In this document: positions 30,522 through 41,600 of the stretch, piece after piece
Position numbering within the stretch: the stretch's first letter is position 1
How the letters are laid out: each line of letters starts with the position of its first letter
NCBI GenBank assembly: GCA_039028615.1
Contig: JBCCHT010000054.1
Span: forward strand, 1 to 64,000
Direction: 5' to 3'
Source of the DNA: Myxococcota bacterium
GTDB lineage: Bacteria; Myxococcota_A; Polyangia; Nannocystales; Nannocystaceae
DNA: 64,000 nt
Program-made: the position numbers and the translations under genes
Notes under the pieces: model-generated
Told to the model about the DNA's origin: nothing
Databases searched by the model: none
Seen by the model: the letters and a program-made list of their open reading frames with translations, nothing else

Positions 30522-31994
30522 TCACCCCACGTCGACGTAGAGACGGCCGAGGTAGACGCCTTCTGGGCCAAAGAGCGAAACGCGACGGCGTCCGGCCTCG
30601 GGGAAGCGGCAGGTGAGGTTTTCGCGCTCGTCGTCGGTCTCGCACCGCAGGCCGCCGGGGTCGCCTTCTGCGCGCACCACGCCGGACAAACGGAAGTGGT
30701 GCGGGTTCGCGAAGCGCAGCTCGAGCGACTCCCCCGCCCGCACGGAGTGGCGGGCGCGGCGGGGATTGACCAGCTCCAGATCGAGCGCGGCAAACTCCGG
30801 CTGGAGATGCGGCTGGCGCAAGAAATCGCCCGGCGACAGCGGCTCCGCGAGCAGCTGCCACTTGGGATCGTCGGGCATGTGCGTGGCCACGAACACCTCG
30901 GGCGGCGTCAGGAAGTAGCCCGCGCCGTAGCTCTTCTTGAAGGTCGTGCCGTCGACGTGGCCCGCGTCCCAGGTGGCATCGAGCAGGTACCACTGCCCAC
31001 CCAGCGCCACCGCGTTCCAGGCGTGCCCGCGGCCGGCGAAGTAGCCGTCGCCGTCGCGGGCATCACCGACGACCACCACCATCTCGACCTCGGCGACGTC
31101 GGCCATCGCCTTGAGCAGCGTGGCGTAGCCAGCGCAGACGGCCGTGCGGCGCTCGAAGACGGTCTCGGCGTCTTGCGGCGGGAAGTGCCCGGCGGCGAGG
31201 GCCGGGGCGTCGTAGGCCACGCGATCGGCCACGTAGTCGTGCAGGGCTTTGACGCGCTGCACCGGGTCGGGCTCTCGATCGGCCAGGTACCGGGCCACGC
31301 TGTCGAAGGAGGTCTCCACCTCGGCGGGCAGCTCGGACACCGCGGGATGCAGCGTGGGCGCGAAGGGCCAGCCCTCGTCGCTGAGCAGATCCGACGGCGA
31401 CACCGCCTTCTCGGTCGTGCGCACGGGCGCCTGACGACGGCTTCGACCCGGCTGCGGGGTCTGGACCGGTGTGTCCGTCTTGGTGAGCGAGGGGTCGATC
31501 AGCTCCTCGTAGGCGTTTTCGTGGGTCGCCTCGTGGAGCCAGCGCATGCGCTCCGCGGTGCTGAACAGCGAGCTGCGGGCCGAGGTCGCCCACGACGCGT
31601 CGGAGCCCTGCAGCATCCAGTCGCCGCGGGTGCTCAGGGCCTCGTAGACGCTGCCGGGAAAGCCCGCGAGCAAGCCCCCCACGAACACGAGGTTGATCGC
31701 CAGCGTGCGCAGGACCAGGCGGTCGAACCCGGTGAGCACCCGGGGTCGCGTCTCGCCGCGTCGGCGGCGTCGCCAGCTCGCAAACAGGTCCCATCCCAAG
31801 GGCAGCAGCGGGAAGCACAGCGCGCCCGCGACCAGGCTCGCCCACAGCGGCCCGTCGTGGTGGGCGGCCAACGACGAGGCGATCCACACCCCCGCAAGCG
31901 GCAGGAGCACGGCGGTGCCCGCGAACGCCAGCTTGAGCAGGGCCCCGAGGCCCCACCACGTCCATCCCAACCCGCTGCGTCCACCCGTCGTCAT
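30522..31994 (-). CDS. Membrane-anchored transglutaminase-like cysteine protease (KY/CYK3-like)
   Basis: Three N-terminal TMs; catalytic triad in VCAGYA, GHAWN and LLDATWD. Confidence 0.85.
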   Translation of the reverse strand: MTTGGRSGLGWTWWGLGALLKLAFAGTAVLLPLAGVWIASSLAAHHDGPLWASLVAGALCFPLLPLGWDLFASWRRRRRGETRPRVLTGFDRLVLRTLAINLVFVGGLLAGFPGSVYEALSTRGDWMLQGSDASWATSARSSLFSTAERMRWLHEATHENAYEELIDPSLTKTDTPVQTPQPGRSRRQAPVRTTEKAVSPSDLLSDEGWPFAPTLHPAVSELPAEVETSFDSVARYLADREPDPVQRVKALHDYVADRVAYDAPALAAGHFPPQDAETVFERRTAVCAGYATLLKAMADVAEVEMVVVVGDARDGDGYFAGRGHAWNAVALGGQWYLLDATWDAGHVDGTTFKKSYGAGYFLTPPEVFVATHMPDDPKWQLLAEPLSPGDFLRQPHLQPEFAALDLELVNPRRARHSVRAGESLELRFANPHHFRLSGVVRAEGDPGGLRCETDDERENLTCRFPEAGRRRVSLFGPEGVYLGRLYVDVG

Positions 31995-32167
31995 GCTGCT
32001 GCGCGAACTATCGATCGCACCCGATGCTTCCACACACGGGACAATTGAACCACCGTGCTAGAAGGTTGGCTCCATGAGCCGGGCCTCCCGCTGCCCTCGC
32101 CCCCCCATTTGCCAGGGCTCGATTGGCCGGCCTATGTAACCCGCGAGCGAAAGAGCTCCAGCACCCC

Positions 32168-34315
32168 ATGCGCAAGACGATCATCACCCTCGCTGCCGTT
32201 CTGCCTCTCGCCCTCGCTTCGTGCACCAAGCCGAGCGACGGCGGCACGGTCGAGCCGGGAGCGACTCAGGAGAACAACGTGCTCTTGGCCCAATGGACTG
32301 GCCCTCATGGGGGCGTACCCGCGTTCGACAAGATGGACCTCAGCCAGCTCGAGCCCGCGATGGAGGCCGCGATGGCCGAGCACCTCGCGGAGCTCGACGC
32401 GATCGCCAAAAACCCCGAGCCCGCGACCTTCGACAACACCATCGTGGCGATGGAGCGCGCGGGTTCGGCCATGCGGCGCGTGGGGACCTACTTCGGGATC
32501 TGGAGCAGCAACCTCAGCACCCCGGAATTCCGAGAGATCGGCGAGCGCCTCGCACCGCGTCGCTCCGAGTACCAGTCGAAGATCACGCAGAACGCCGCGC
32601 TCTTCGACCGAGTTCGGGCCGTCTACGAGTCCGAGGACACCAAGTCGCGCAGCCCGGCCGAGCAACGGCTCGTTAAGCTCGTGTACGAGCGCTTCTCCCG
32701 GTCGGGCGCGACCCTCGAGGGCGAGGCCAAGGCCCGCTACGCCGAGATCCAGCGCCGCCTCGCCGAGCTGCACACCGCCTTCGGCAACAACGTGCTCGCC
32801 GACGAGGAGGGCTACGTGCTGTACCTCGACGAGACCCAGCTCGCGGGGCTGCCCGACTCGCTCAAGGCCGCGGCCGCGGCTGCGGCCACCGCCCGGGGCA
32901 AAGAGGGCAAGTACGCGATCACCAACACCCGGTCCTCGATGGACCCCTTCTTGACCTACTCGCAAGATCGCGAGCTGCGGGAGAAGGTCTGGACCACCTA
33001 CTACAACCGCGGCGACAACGGGGACGCGCACGACAACAACGCGATCATCGCGGAGATCCTCAAGCTTCGGCACGAGCGGGTGCAGCTGCTCGGCTACGAC
33101 AACTACGCCCAGTGGCGCCTCGAAAACCGCATGGCGCAGACGCCCGAGCGAGCGCTCGACCTCATGCAGTCGGTGTGGCCCGCCGCCGTGGCCCGGGCCC
33201 GCAACGAGATCGACGACATGCAGGCGCTGGCCAACCGCGACAAGGCCGGCATCACCATCGCACCCTGGGACTATCGGCTCTACGCCGACCAGGTTCGCAA
33301 GGAGCGCTACGCCCTCGACTCGGACGAGGTCAAGCAGTACCTCCAGCTCGACAAGCTGCGCGAGGCCATGTTCATGGTCGCGGGCAAGCTCTTCGGCTTC
33401 CAGTTCACCCCCGTGCCCGAGGGCTCCATCCCCGTGTTCCACCCCGACGTGAAGGTCTGGGAGGTCACCGACGAGGACAGCGGCAAGCACATCGGGCTGT
33501 GGTACCTCGATCCCTTCGCTCGGCCCGGCAAGCGCTCGGGCGCGTGGGCCTCGAGCTACCGCGGGCACACCACCTTCGACGGCGAGCAGACCGTGCTGTC
33601 GTCGAACAACTCCAACTTCATCCAGGGTGCGCCCGGCGAGCCCGTGCTGATCTCCTGGGACGACGCCCAGACCTTCTTCCACGAGTTCGGCCACGCGCTG
33701 CACGCCCTGTCCTCCAACGTGGACTACCGCAGCCTCAACGGGGGCGTGCGCGACTACACGGAGTTCCAGTCGCAGCTGCTCGAGCGCTGGCTGTCGACCC
33801 CCGAGGTCATCAACGGCTACCTTGTGCACCACGAGACGGGTGAGCCCATGCCGCCCGAGCTGGTGGCCAAGATCAAGAAGGCCGCCACCTTCAACCAGGG
33901 CTTCGGCACCACCGAGTACCTGGCCTCGGCGATCATCGACCTGAAGCTGCACACCACCGACCCCAGCGGCATCGACCCCGATCGCTTCGAGCGGGAGACC
34001 CTCGAGGCCATGGGCCTGCCCCCGCAGATCGTCATGCGTCACCGGACCCCGCACTTCGGTCACGTGTTCTCGGGCGAGGGCTACTCCGCGGGCTACTACG
34101 GCTATATGTGGGCCGACGTGCTCACCTCCGACGCCTCCGAGGCCTTCGCCGAGGCTCCGGGCGGCTTCTACGACGAGGCGCTCGCGGCCAAGCTGGTCGA
34201 GCACCTGTTCGCCCCGCGCAACGCCGTCGACCCGGCCGAGGCCTACCGGGCCTTCCGCGGTCGCGACCCGAAGATCGACGCCCTCATGCGCGACCGCGGC
34301 TTCCCGGTCCCGTGA
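32168..34315 (+). CDS. M3-family metallopeptidase (peptidyl-dipeptidase Dcp-like) lipoprotein
   Basis: Lipobox LASC; KRSGAW, HEFGHALH zinc motif, EFQSQ, HVFSGEGYSAGYYGY. Confidence 0.92.
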   Translation: MRKTIITLAAVLPLALASCTKPSDGGTVEPGATQENNVLLAQWTGPHGGVPAFDKMDLSQLEPAMEAAMAEHLAELDAIAKNPEPATFDNTIVAMERAGSAMRRVGTYFGIWSSNLSTPEFREIGERLAPRRSEYQSKITQNAALFDRVRAVYESEDTKSRSPAEQRLVKLVYERFSRSGATLEGEAKARYAEIQRRLAELHTAFGNNVLADEEGYVLYLDETQLAGLPDSLKAAAAAAATARGKEGKYAITNTRSSMDPFLTYSQDRELREKVWTTYYNRGDNGDAHDNNAIIAEILKLRHERVQLLGYDNYAQWRLENRMAQTPERALDLMQSVWPAAVARARNEIDDMQALANRDKAGITIAPWDYRLYADQVRKERYALDSDEVKQYLQLDKLREAMFMVAGKLFGFQFTPVPEGSIPVFHPDVKVWEVTDEDSGKHIGLWYLDPFARPGKRSGAWASSYRGHTTFDGEQTVLSSNNSNFIQGAPGEPVLISWDDAQTFFHEFGHALHALSSNVDYRSLNGGVRDYTEFQSQLLERWLSTPEVINGYLVHHETGEPMPPELVAKIKKAATFNQGFGTTEYLASAIIDLKLHTTDPSGIDPDRFERETLEAMGLPPQIVMRHRTPHFGHVFSGEGYSAGYYGYMWADVLTSDASEAFAEAPGGFYDEALAAKLVEHLFAPRNAVDPAEAYRAFRGRDPKIDALMRDRGFPVP

Positions 34316-35172
34316 GCTCGACGGTCTACATCGTGGGCGCCACCTCGATCCTGGGGTGGTCGCTCACGCGCGTGGGCCTGCAGGATCATCCGGGGCAGAT
34401 CGTCCCCACCTGCAGCGCGCACAATCGGCACCCGCGGACCGAGTCCTGGCTGCGGCTCAACGTCGAAGACCGCGATGCCTGGGCGCCGCTTTTCGGGGAG
34501 CACCCGGTCGACACACTGATCTATGCAGCCGGGGTCTGCGACGTCGACCGCTGCGAAGAGAAGCCGGACTTTGCCTGGTCGATCAACGTGGGCGGGGTGG
34601 AGGCCATGCTGCGGGCGCTGCCCTCGACGACGCGGCTTTTGTATTGCTCCTCGGATCACGTGTTCGGGGGACGGGACGCGCCCTATCTCGAGAGCGATGC
34701 GCCCGCCCCCATCTCGGCCTATGGGCGTACGCGGGCGGAGGCGGAGGCGCGGGTGCTCGAGCACGACTCGCGGCACCTGGTGGTGCGGCTCGGCCTGACC
34801 ATCGGGCCCTCGCTGGCGGGGCGCACCGGGCACCTCGATTGGCTGCGCTATCGCCATGAGCACGGGCTGCCGATGACGCTGATCGAGGACGAGTGGCGCT
34901 CGGCGGTGTGGGCCGAGCCGGCGGTGCGGAGGATCTTTGCGCTGGCGCGATCGGAGCGCGCGGGGGTCCAGCATCTCGCGGCGCGAGCCCTGCCACGGCC
35001 CGAGCTGGCGCGACGGTTGGCGCGGCGGTTGGGAATCGAGCCGGAGTTTCGAGTGCAGCGACGCGCTCAGCAGATCACGCCGCACCTGGGGAAGATCGAG
35101 CTGGGCTCGATGTTCGACGACCCGCTCGCGGCGCCCCTGCCCGGGCCGGGGCTCGAAGCCGCCGACGGCTGA
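34312..35172 (+). CDS. RmlD-like extended SDR (sugar-nucleotide-binding protein)
   Basis: IVGATSILG (degenerate Gly motif), SSDHVFGG, YGRTR (Lys of YxxxK replaced by Arg); GTGA overlap with peptidase stop. Confidence 0.75.
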   Translation: MSSTVYIVGATSILGWSLTRVGLQDHPGQIVPTCSAHNRHPRTESWLRLNVEDRDAWAPLFGEHPVDTLIYAAGVCDVDRCEEKPDFAWSINVGGVEAMLRALPSTTRLLYCSSDHVFGGRDAPYLESDAPAPISAYGRTRAEAEARVLEHDSRHLVVRLGLTIGPSLAGRTGHLDWLRYRHEHGLPMTLIEDEWRSAVWAEPAVRRIFALARSERAGVQHLAARALPRPELARRLARRLGIEPEFRVQRRAQQITPHLGKIELGSMFDDPLAAPLPGPGLEAADG

Positions 35173-35184
35173 GCGAGCCTTCGT

Positions 35185-35685
35185 CTACAGCTCTTTGGGC
35201 CGCACGACCGTGTGCAGCGTCCAGTCGGGGCGCTGGGTGGCCGCGGCCCAGCTGTCGGCTTCGACCTCGAGCAACGCGGCATTGCAGGTGGTCATGCGGA
35301 CGCGCACCCCGGACAGCTCGGTGATCACGTCCTCCCAGCCCGGGTTGTGGCCGATGACCATGGCCGTGCCCACCTCGGCGGGAAGATCGGTCAACTCCTG
35401 GCGAACCTCGGGCGGACCGGCGAGATACAGCGACCGGGTGAAGCGCAGCCGCGGCTGGCCGCCGAAGGTCTCGCGCATGCACGTCCAGGTCTGGCGTGTG
35501 CGCTCGGCATCGCTGCACACCACGGCATCGGGCACCCAGCCCAGCTCCACCAGGCGGGCGGCGACCAAGGGGGCGCTACGAAGCCCGCGGGGATTGAGAG
35601 GCCGATCGTGATCGGTAGGCGCATCCGAGAACTGGTCGCTCTTGGCGTGCCGCAGCACGACCAGCCGACGAGGCATCGATCCCAT
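35185..35685 (-). CDS. sixA: Phosphohistidine phosphatase SixA
   Basis: LRHAKS, DHDRPL, RTRQT and IGHNPG motifs. Confidence 0.85.
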   Translation of the reverse strand: MGSMPRRLVVLRHAKSDQFSDAPTDHDRPLNPRGLRSAPLVAARLVELGWVPDAVVCSDAERTRQTWTCMRETFGGQPRLRFTRSLYLAGPPEVRQELTDLPAEVGTAMVIGHNPGWEDVITELSGVRVRMTTCNAALLEVEADSWAAATQRPDWTLHTVVRPKEL

Positions 35686-35698
35686 GCCACCAATAGTG

Positions 35699-38600
35699 CT
35701 ACGGCGCCGCGATCTCCACCACCTCGAGCTTGCCGAGTGAAATCAGAGCCAATGCATCGAGCACGGACATCTCGAGATGGCCTGATGTCGCGGTCTTGCG
35801 TCCCCACGTGGGATCGATTTCATGCCATGTCACACCGTCGTGAAATCCGACCCACGCGTGGGCGACCATCTCGTCGTCGGAGGCCGCCATGCCGCTGCGC
35901 ATCTCGGCCGGAATGTCGAGGGCCCGCAGCAGGGTCACGGTGAGCCCGGCGTACTCGGTGCAATCGCCTCGGCCCGCCTCGAGGATCTCCACCCCGCTGA
36001 GCACCCGCGGCGTGACCTCGTAGGAGATCCGTTCGTGCACCCACTGCGAGACCAGCTCCGCCGCGTCGACGGCCGAGGTGCCCTCGGGGACGATCGAACG
36101 GGCGAGCTCGACGATGCGCGCGTCTTCGCTGCTGTACTCGTCGGTGGCCTTGGTCAGGCGCGCGAGCTCGTCCTTGCCCAGCGGCACGGGGGCAGCGGAA
36201 GCCGCGACGGGCTCGACGGTGAGCCGCACCCGGGTGGGCCCGAGCACCTCGACCGCGGTCCGCGGAGAGTCGACCAGGGTGCCGCGCGCAAAGGCCTCGG
36301 CGTCCGGCACCTCGAAGGTGTAGCGGAGCTTGCCCTCGAGTTCCTCGAAACGAACCCGCCGGGGCAGCGACGCCGCATTGCGGACCTCTTTGGTGGCGAG
36401 CCAGTCGTCGATGACCCGGCTGTGATCACCCGCCTCGCGCAGCCGCACGCCCACGTGGCCCTCGATCACCGCGAGCCCGGTGGCGAGGATCCAGTCGGCC
36501 TCGACCTCCAGCTCGGTGAAGATGTTGAAGATTGGTGCCACCCCGCGCATGACCATCTTCTCCTCGAGCGGCAAGCCGGCCAAGCCCGGGAGGCGCTCGG
36601 CGATGGCCGCCCCGTCGAAGGAGCCGTAGCCGACCCGCAGCTGCTCGCGCGACGCGGCCGGGGGCGGAGGACCATTGGCGGCCTGATCGACGAGCGTGCA
36701 GTCGCCCACGAACAGGAAGTCGGCCCGCTCGCGATAACAAAGGCCTCCGTGACGACGGGCTTCGCTCTTGCCCGGCGGCGTCTTGGCCTTGCGCAGGGCC
36801 TTGCGAAGCGGCGCATCCAGGGGCGTGACCCCGACCCAGCGCCGCCACAGGTGGTCGCCGTCTTCGAGGTACCAGCCGAACGCCACGCCGCGGGCCTGGG
36901 CGAACAAGGGGAGCGGAGGCACCCGAGTCGCGTCGGAGCCCGTGGCCTTCAGAGGGTCGACCTCGATGGCGGTCTCGCTGAAGCGGCCGAGCCCGTGGGC
37001 CACGGTGGTCAGTGCGCCCGGAGGCAGCTGGGACAGCGCGGGGCCGATGTCGTTGACCCCCGTCGCCTCTTCAAGTGCCGCCGCGTACCGGAAGTGAAGG
37101 CCACTCTCGTCGAGGACCACCTCGATGGACGCCCCGCCGGGTGCCAGAGACCAGGCGTCACCGACCGCCACCGCCTGCAGAGCCGCGCCTTCTTTCCACT
37201 TGGCGGTCAGGCGCTGGAACTCGGGTGAATCGGCCAGCGCGGGGCCCGGCACGCGACGCAAGACCCGACGCATGTCGCGATCGGTCGCGAACACCCACAG
37301 ACGATCGCCCGTGAACAGGTAGCGCTCGGAGTCGATGCCGATGCGCGAAGTCTTGCCGTCGACGATCGAGTAGACCTCGATGGGCATCCCGTTGCGCTCG
37401 ATGGTCCGACGCGTGCGCTCGATGGCGTTGGGGGCCACGACCTCCGCTTCATCGTCGTCCTCGACGCCCAACGAAGCGATGAAGTGACCGGGCTCGTCAT
37501 CGTCGTCGTCGCCCTCGTCGCTTTCGTCCTCGTCGTCTTCGTCGGGATAGACCACGAAGTGCAGCACGGCCGGCAACACGCTCATGACCACGGGCACGAT
37601 CCCCGCGGTCGTCGCCAGGGTGAGCGGCAGCGAGACACCGGCATCTTCGTCGTACTTGCGCTGGCCGAGCACGGTGAGCAGCGCGTCGCGATCGGTGACC
37701 CGGGCAGAGCACACCCAGCCCCCGCCTTTGGCCGCACGAGCGCACTCGATGGGCTCGGACACGTCGAGGCCGCCCGTCTGCGACAGCGCGGCGAAGCCCC
37801 CCGCCCGTAGCCCCATCGCGGTCAGGTCGGAGATTCGCTGATCGACCGCCTCGTTTTCCGAGGTCAGGCGACCCGCCACGTCGGCGACCGTGCTGGCAAA
37901 CAGGCCCGGCGCGGCGAGGCGAGCGAAGATCCAGTCTTCACCGGGAAGCAGCTCCGCGAGCTCGGCCTCGCGCAGCTCGGCTTCCTCCCGGCGCTCGAAG
38001 CCGTACAGCTCGTTGCGAGACACCCACCGAAGGGCTCGATCGCTCGGCTCGGCGACGTCGACCCCGGCCTGGACCTTCGTCGCTTGGTCGTGGTCGGCGG
38101 CAATCCCTTGCAGCGTCTCGCGGAAGGTCTCGAGGAGCTCGACGTCGTCGTCGTCCTCGACGCGACCGGGCAGGGCCAACAGCAGCGGCTGGTCGTCGGC
38201 ATCCATGAACCACGCCAGGGCCACCGCGACCGACCGCATGTCTCGGCGTGCGCGAGCGGTGCTGGGCGACGGGGCCGACTCGAGGTAGCGCCGCAGCCTC
38301 AGCCGGTCGTTGGTCCGACCCCATCCCGCCATGACGCTGGCCGCCTCGGCGACGAGCTCGGACCCCTCGGCCATCGCGACCTCGAGGACCTCATCGGTGG
38401 CCAGCTCGGGGCGCAGCCGCACCCCGGCCCAGGCCAGCCGCCGGTCACGGGCATCCTTGCTGGCGAGCAACCGTGCCGCCAGCGTCCGTCCGTGTGACAG
38501 GGGCAACGCGCCGAGCACCTCGACCAGGCCCCGCGGGGGCTTGTCGGTGTGGATCAAGTAGTCGGGGGCCGCAATGGCGTGCTTGGCGGGGGTGCTCAGC

Positions 38601-41600
38601 AGCGTGCGGACGTCGGCATCCGCCCGGCTGGCGTGGGTCTGAACCGCCTGCACCCCAAACTCGTGCGCCCGCGGGTCTTCATCGAGCAATGCGACCAGGG
38701 CCAGGCGCCGCGACGCGGCCTCGCGGGGGCCCGTGCACTCGAGCAGGGCGAGCCTCGCGTCGGCGTCGGGCATGCCGAGCCACAGGTCGATGAGCAGCTC
38801 GGCCCGCTGGTGGTCGTGCTTCAGCGCGGCCAGGGTCTCGGGCACGGGGCACACGCCCGGCTCTCGTACCGTGGCTTGCTCGCGGCGGGCCCTCAGGCGC
38901 CAACCGTCGACCAGCTTCGCTCCCGCCGTGCGCAGCGATCGGGCCGCGAACGCCGACCGCACGCCATCGAGCGGCCGGAAGCCATCGCGGAACATCGCCA
39001 GCACGGGCCGCAGCCGATCGAACTGTGCCGGGGTGGCAGCCATCACCAATGTGAAGACCCGGCCGCCGCTGGGCAGCACCCACGCGACCAAGACCTCCTC
39101 GGGGCTGGTGAACATCGCCTGGGTCGCGGGCAGGCCCACCAGCGTCGTCTCGCGCATCCACTGGAGGGTGCGACCGCTCCCCGCGAGCTGCTCGAGCAGA
39201 TCGGCGGCACAGATCTCACCCTGGCATCGGGAGTCGCGGGGGTTGGTGAGCACCAAGACCCGCCCGCCCTCGCCGTCGCGGTAGCGCAGCGGCGAGATGT
39301 CGGACGGCTTCCAGGAGCCGGGCACGAAGATCTCGGCCGCTCGGTCCTCGGCGGTCACCCGCATGGGCGCGAACGCGGCGATCTGAGCCGAGGTGACCTG
39401 GGCGACGCGTGCGTCGTAGCGCGCCGGGTCTCGGGTCCACGCGGGGATCTCCGTGCGCGCCCCGGTCACGAACTCGGACGCATCGACGTACCGCAGCAGG
39501 TCGTCCCCAGGGTTTGCGGCGTCGGCCGCCTCGAACATCGCCTTGGCCTCATCGAGGCGCTCGGCGTCGGCCAACAGGGGAATCACGGTGGCGGCCGCGA
39601 GCGGATCGGTGGATCCCTCGGCCAGGCCCCCGGCGATGGGCAATGCGCGGTGATTTTCGCCCAGCTCGCGATAGACCTGGATCCGAGCGAGGGCCACGAG
39701 GCTCGACTCGGGAAACTCTCCGTGCAGACGCTTGGCTGCGGTGGGGTCGTTGGAATCGAACAACGCCGCGACCTGGGCGATGCCCTCGGTGGTGATCCGC
39801 CCCGCGTGGAGGTCGGCCTCGGCCCAGCGCGCCCGATGGTAGCGCTCGTCGGCTTCGATGAGCTGCGCGCGATTGGATGCGCCCTCCTCCTCGTCGATCA
39901 TGGTGCGGGCGGCCTCGGCGTAGTGCCGCGCCATCGTGGGGCGCCCCTCGAGCAGCGCATACCAGCTCCGCCGCTGCTGCCGTACGCGGAGGTTCTGTGT
40001 GGCGTGGGTCTGAAGGCCACGAATGTGAGCCCCACGCCACGTCACCTGCTCGACGGCGTGGAAGCGGCCGGCATCTTCGTTGAGCCCGAATGCAAAAGCC
40101 TGCAACCAGTGATCGGCCGATTCCTCGTGCCGCCCCTGCCGACCCAGCCACACCGCGTAGTTGTGGTGCCACGGCTGGCTCAGGGTGCTGGTGAGCGCCA
40201 TCTCGGGCTCGTCGATGAAGCTCGCTCGGTGGGCGCCCGAAGCCACTGCCGCTCGCAACCGCCGGTCGCCCGCGGCTTCGTCGTCGTCGTTGAGCCCCAG
40301 GTAGATCTGATTGACGGCCACGCTGGCCGACGACGGGTGGGACGCAAAGGCCTTCTCGCACGCGTCGTACGCGGGGCCTTCGTCGTCCGCAGCGGTCAAC
40401 TCGTTGCACGCGAAGATCTGCAGCAGGGTGCCGGCCGGAGGCTCGGCGATGATCGCAACGACGCGAGCGTCCGCGTCCGGTGCGTCGTTGTCGTTGGCCC
40501 AGCGCCACAGGTCCCAGGCGAGCTGGTCGTCGATCTCCCCCGCTTGCCGCGCCCGCAGCAACAGCACCAGCGAGTCGCCGTCGCTGAGCGGACGATAGCG
40601 ACGCTCGGGATCACGCTGCCGCGCGAGCGCCAGACCGGACAGCGACCGATCGGCCACCAGCGCCGCCCACAGCTGCCGACGAAGCGCCCATCGGTGCCGC
40701 ACGCCCGCGGTCTGCTGCAGCTCGAAGGTGGCCACGGCCCACTGCTTGGCCTCTTCGAGGCTCTCCGCTTCGCGGATGTTCTTCTCGCCCCACGCAACGG
40801 CCCGCGACGCGAGGTTGGGAAACTGCCGAAGCATGGATGCACCGACCTGCCAGGCGTCTTGTTCGGTGCCGTTGATCCCACGCAGCGCTTGCTGGACCGC
40901 GGCAAAGGACGACAGCGTGCCGTCGCGAACGCCACGGCGCAGATCTTCGTGCAGGTAGTCGTAGGGCGGCGCTCGCTCGGCGATGAAGGCCATCGCGGCC
41001 TCGGGCGGCGGTGCACCTTCACGGGCGAACGTGGCCAGCAGCTCCCGGTACAGCGTCGTGTCGTCGGGACTCCAGCGCAGCCCGTGCGTCAGGAAGCCGC
41101 GCTCGACCTCGGGCAGCCCGGCGTCGCGCGCAATCCGGGCCTGAAGCAGGGCCAACGAGGCCCCATGCCGATCGACCGCGAGCAAGCGCTGCTGGAGCGC
41201 CTCGAGCCGAGGATCGCCTGCCAAGTGAGCGGCCAAGGCCGCCTGCGCCAGACCGTCGACCATGACTTCGTCGGGAAGCTCGTCGAGCAGAGGCATCAGC
41301 CACTCGAGCGCACGTTGGTGCTGCGCCCGACGCCCCGCCGTCATGCCCCAGACGTAGTGCTCCAGACGCGAGACCGGAGGTTCGTCGTCCTCGGTGTTCT
41401 CGGGCGCGTCCGGGTCGTGGGTGAACACAGGCGCATACCACCGGTTGGCCTCGTCGAAGGTCACCGAGCCCGACTCGACGTCGTCGATCACCAGCCAGGC
41501 CCACGTACGCTCGCTCGGCGCCATGAGCTCGCCGCTGGTCTCGAGCAGCGATCGCGCGTCGTCGTAGCGCCCCTGTGCCAACCGGAACCGGAACAGCGCC

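Noticed and set aside
35185..35685. Functional link between SixA and the EIIA-fused transporter
   Set aside because: More than 20 kb apart with no linkage evidence
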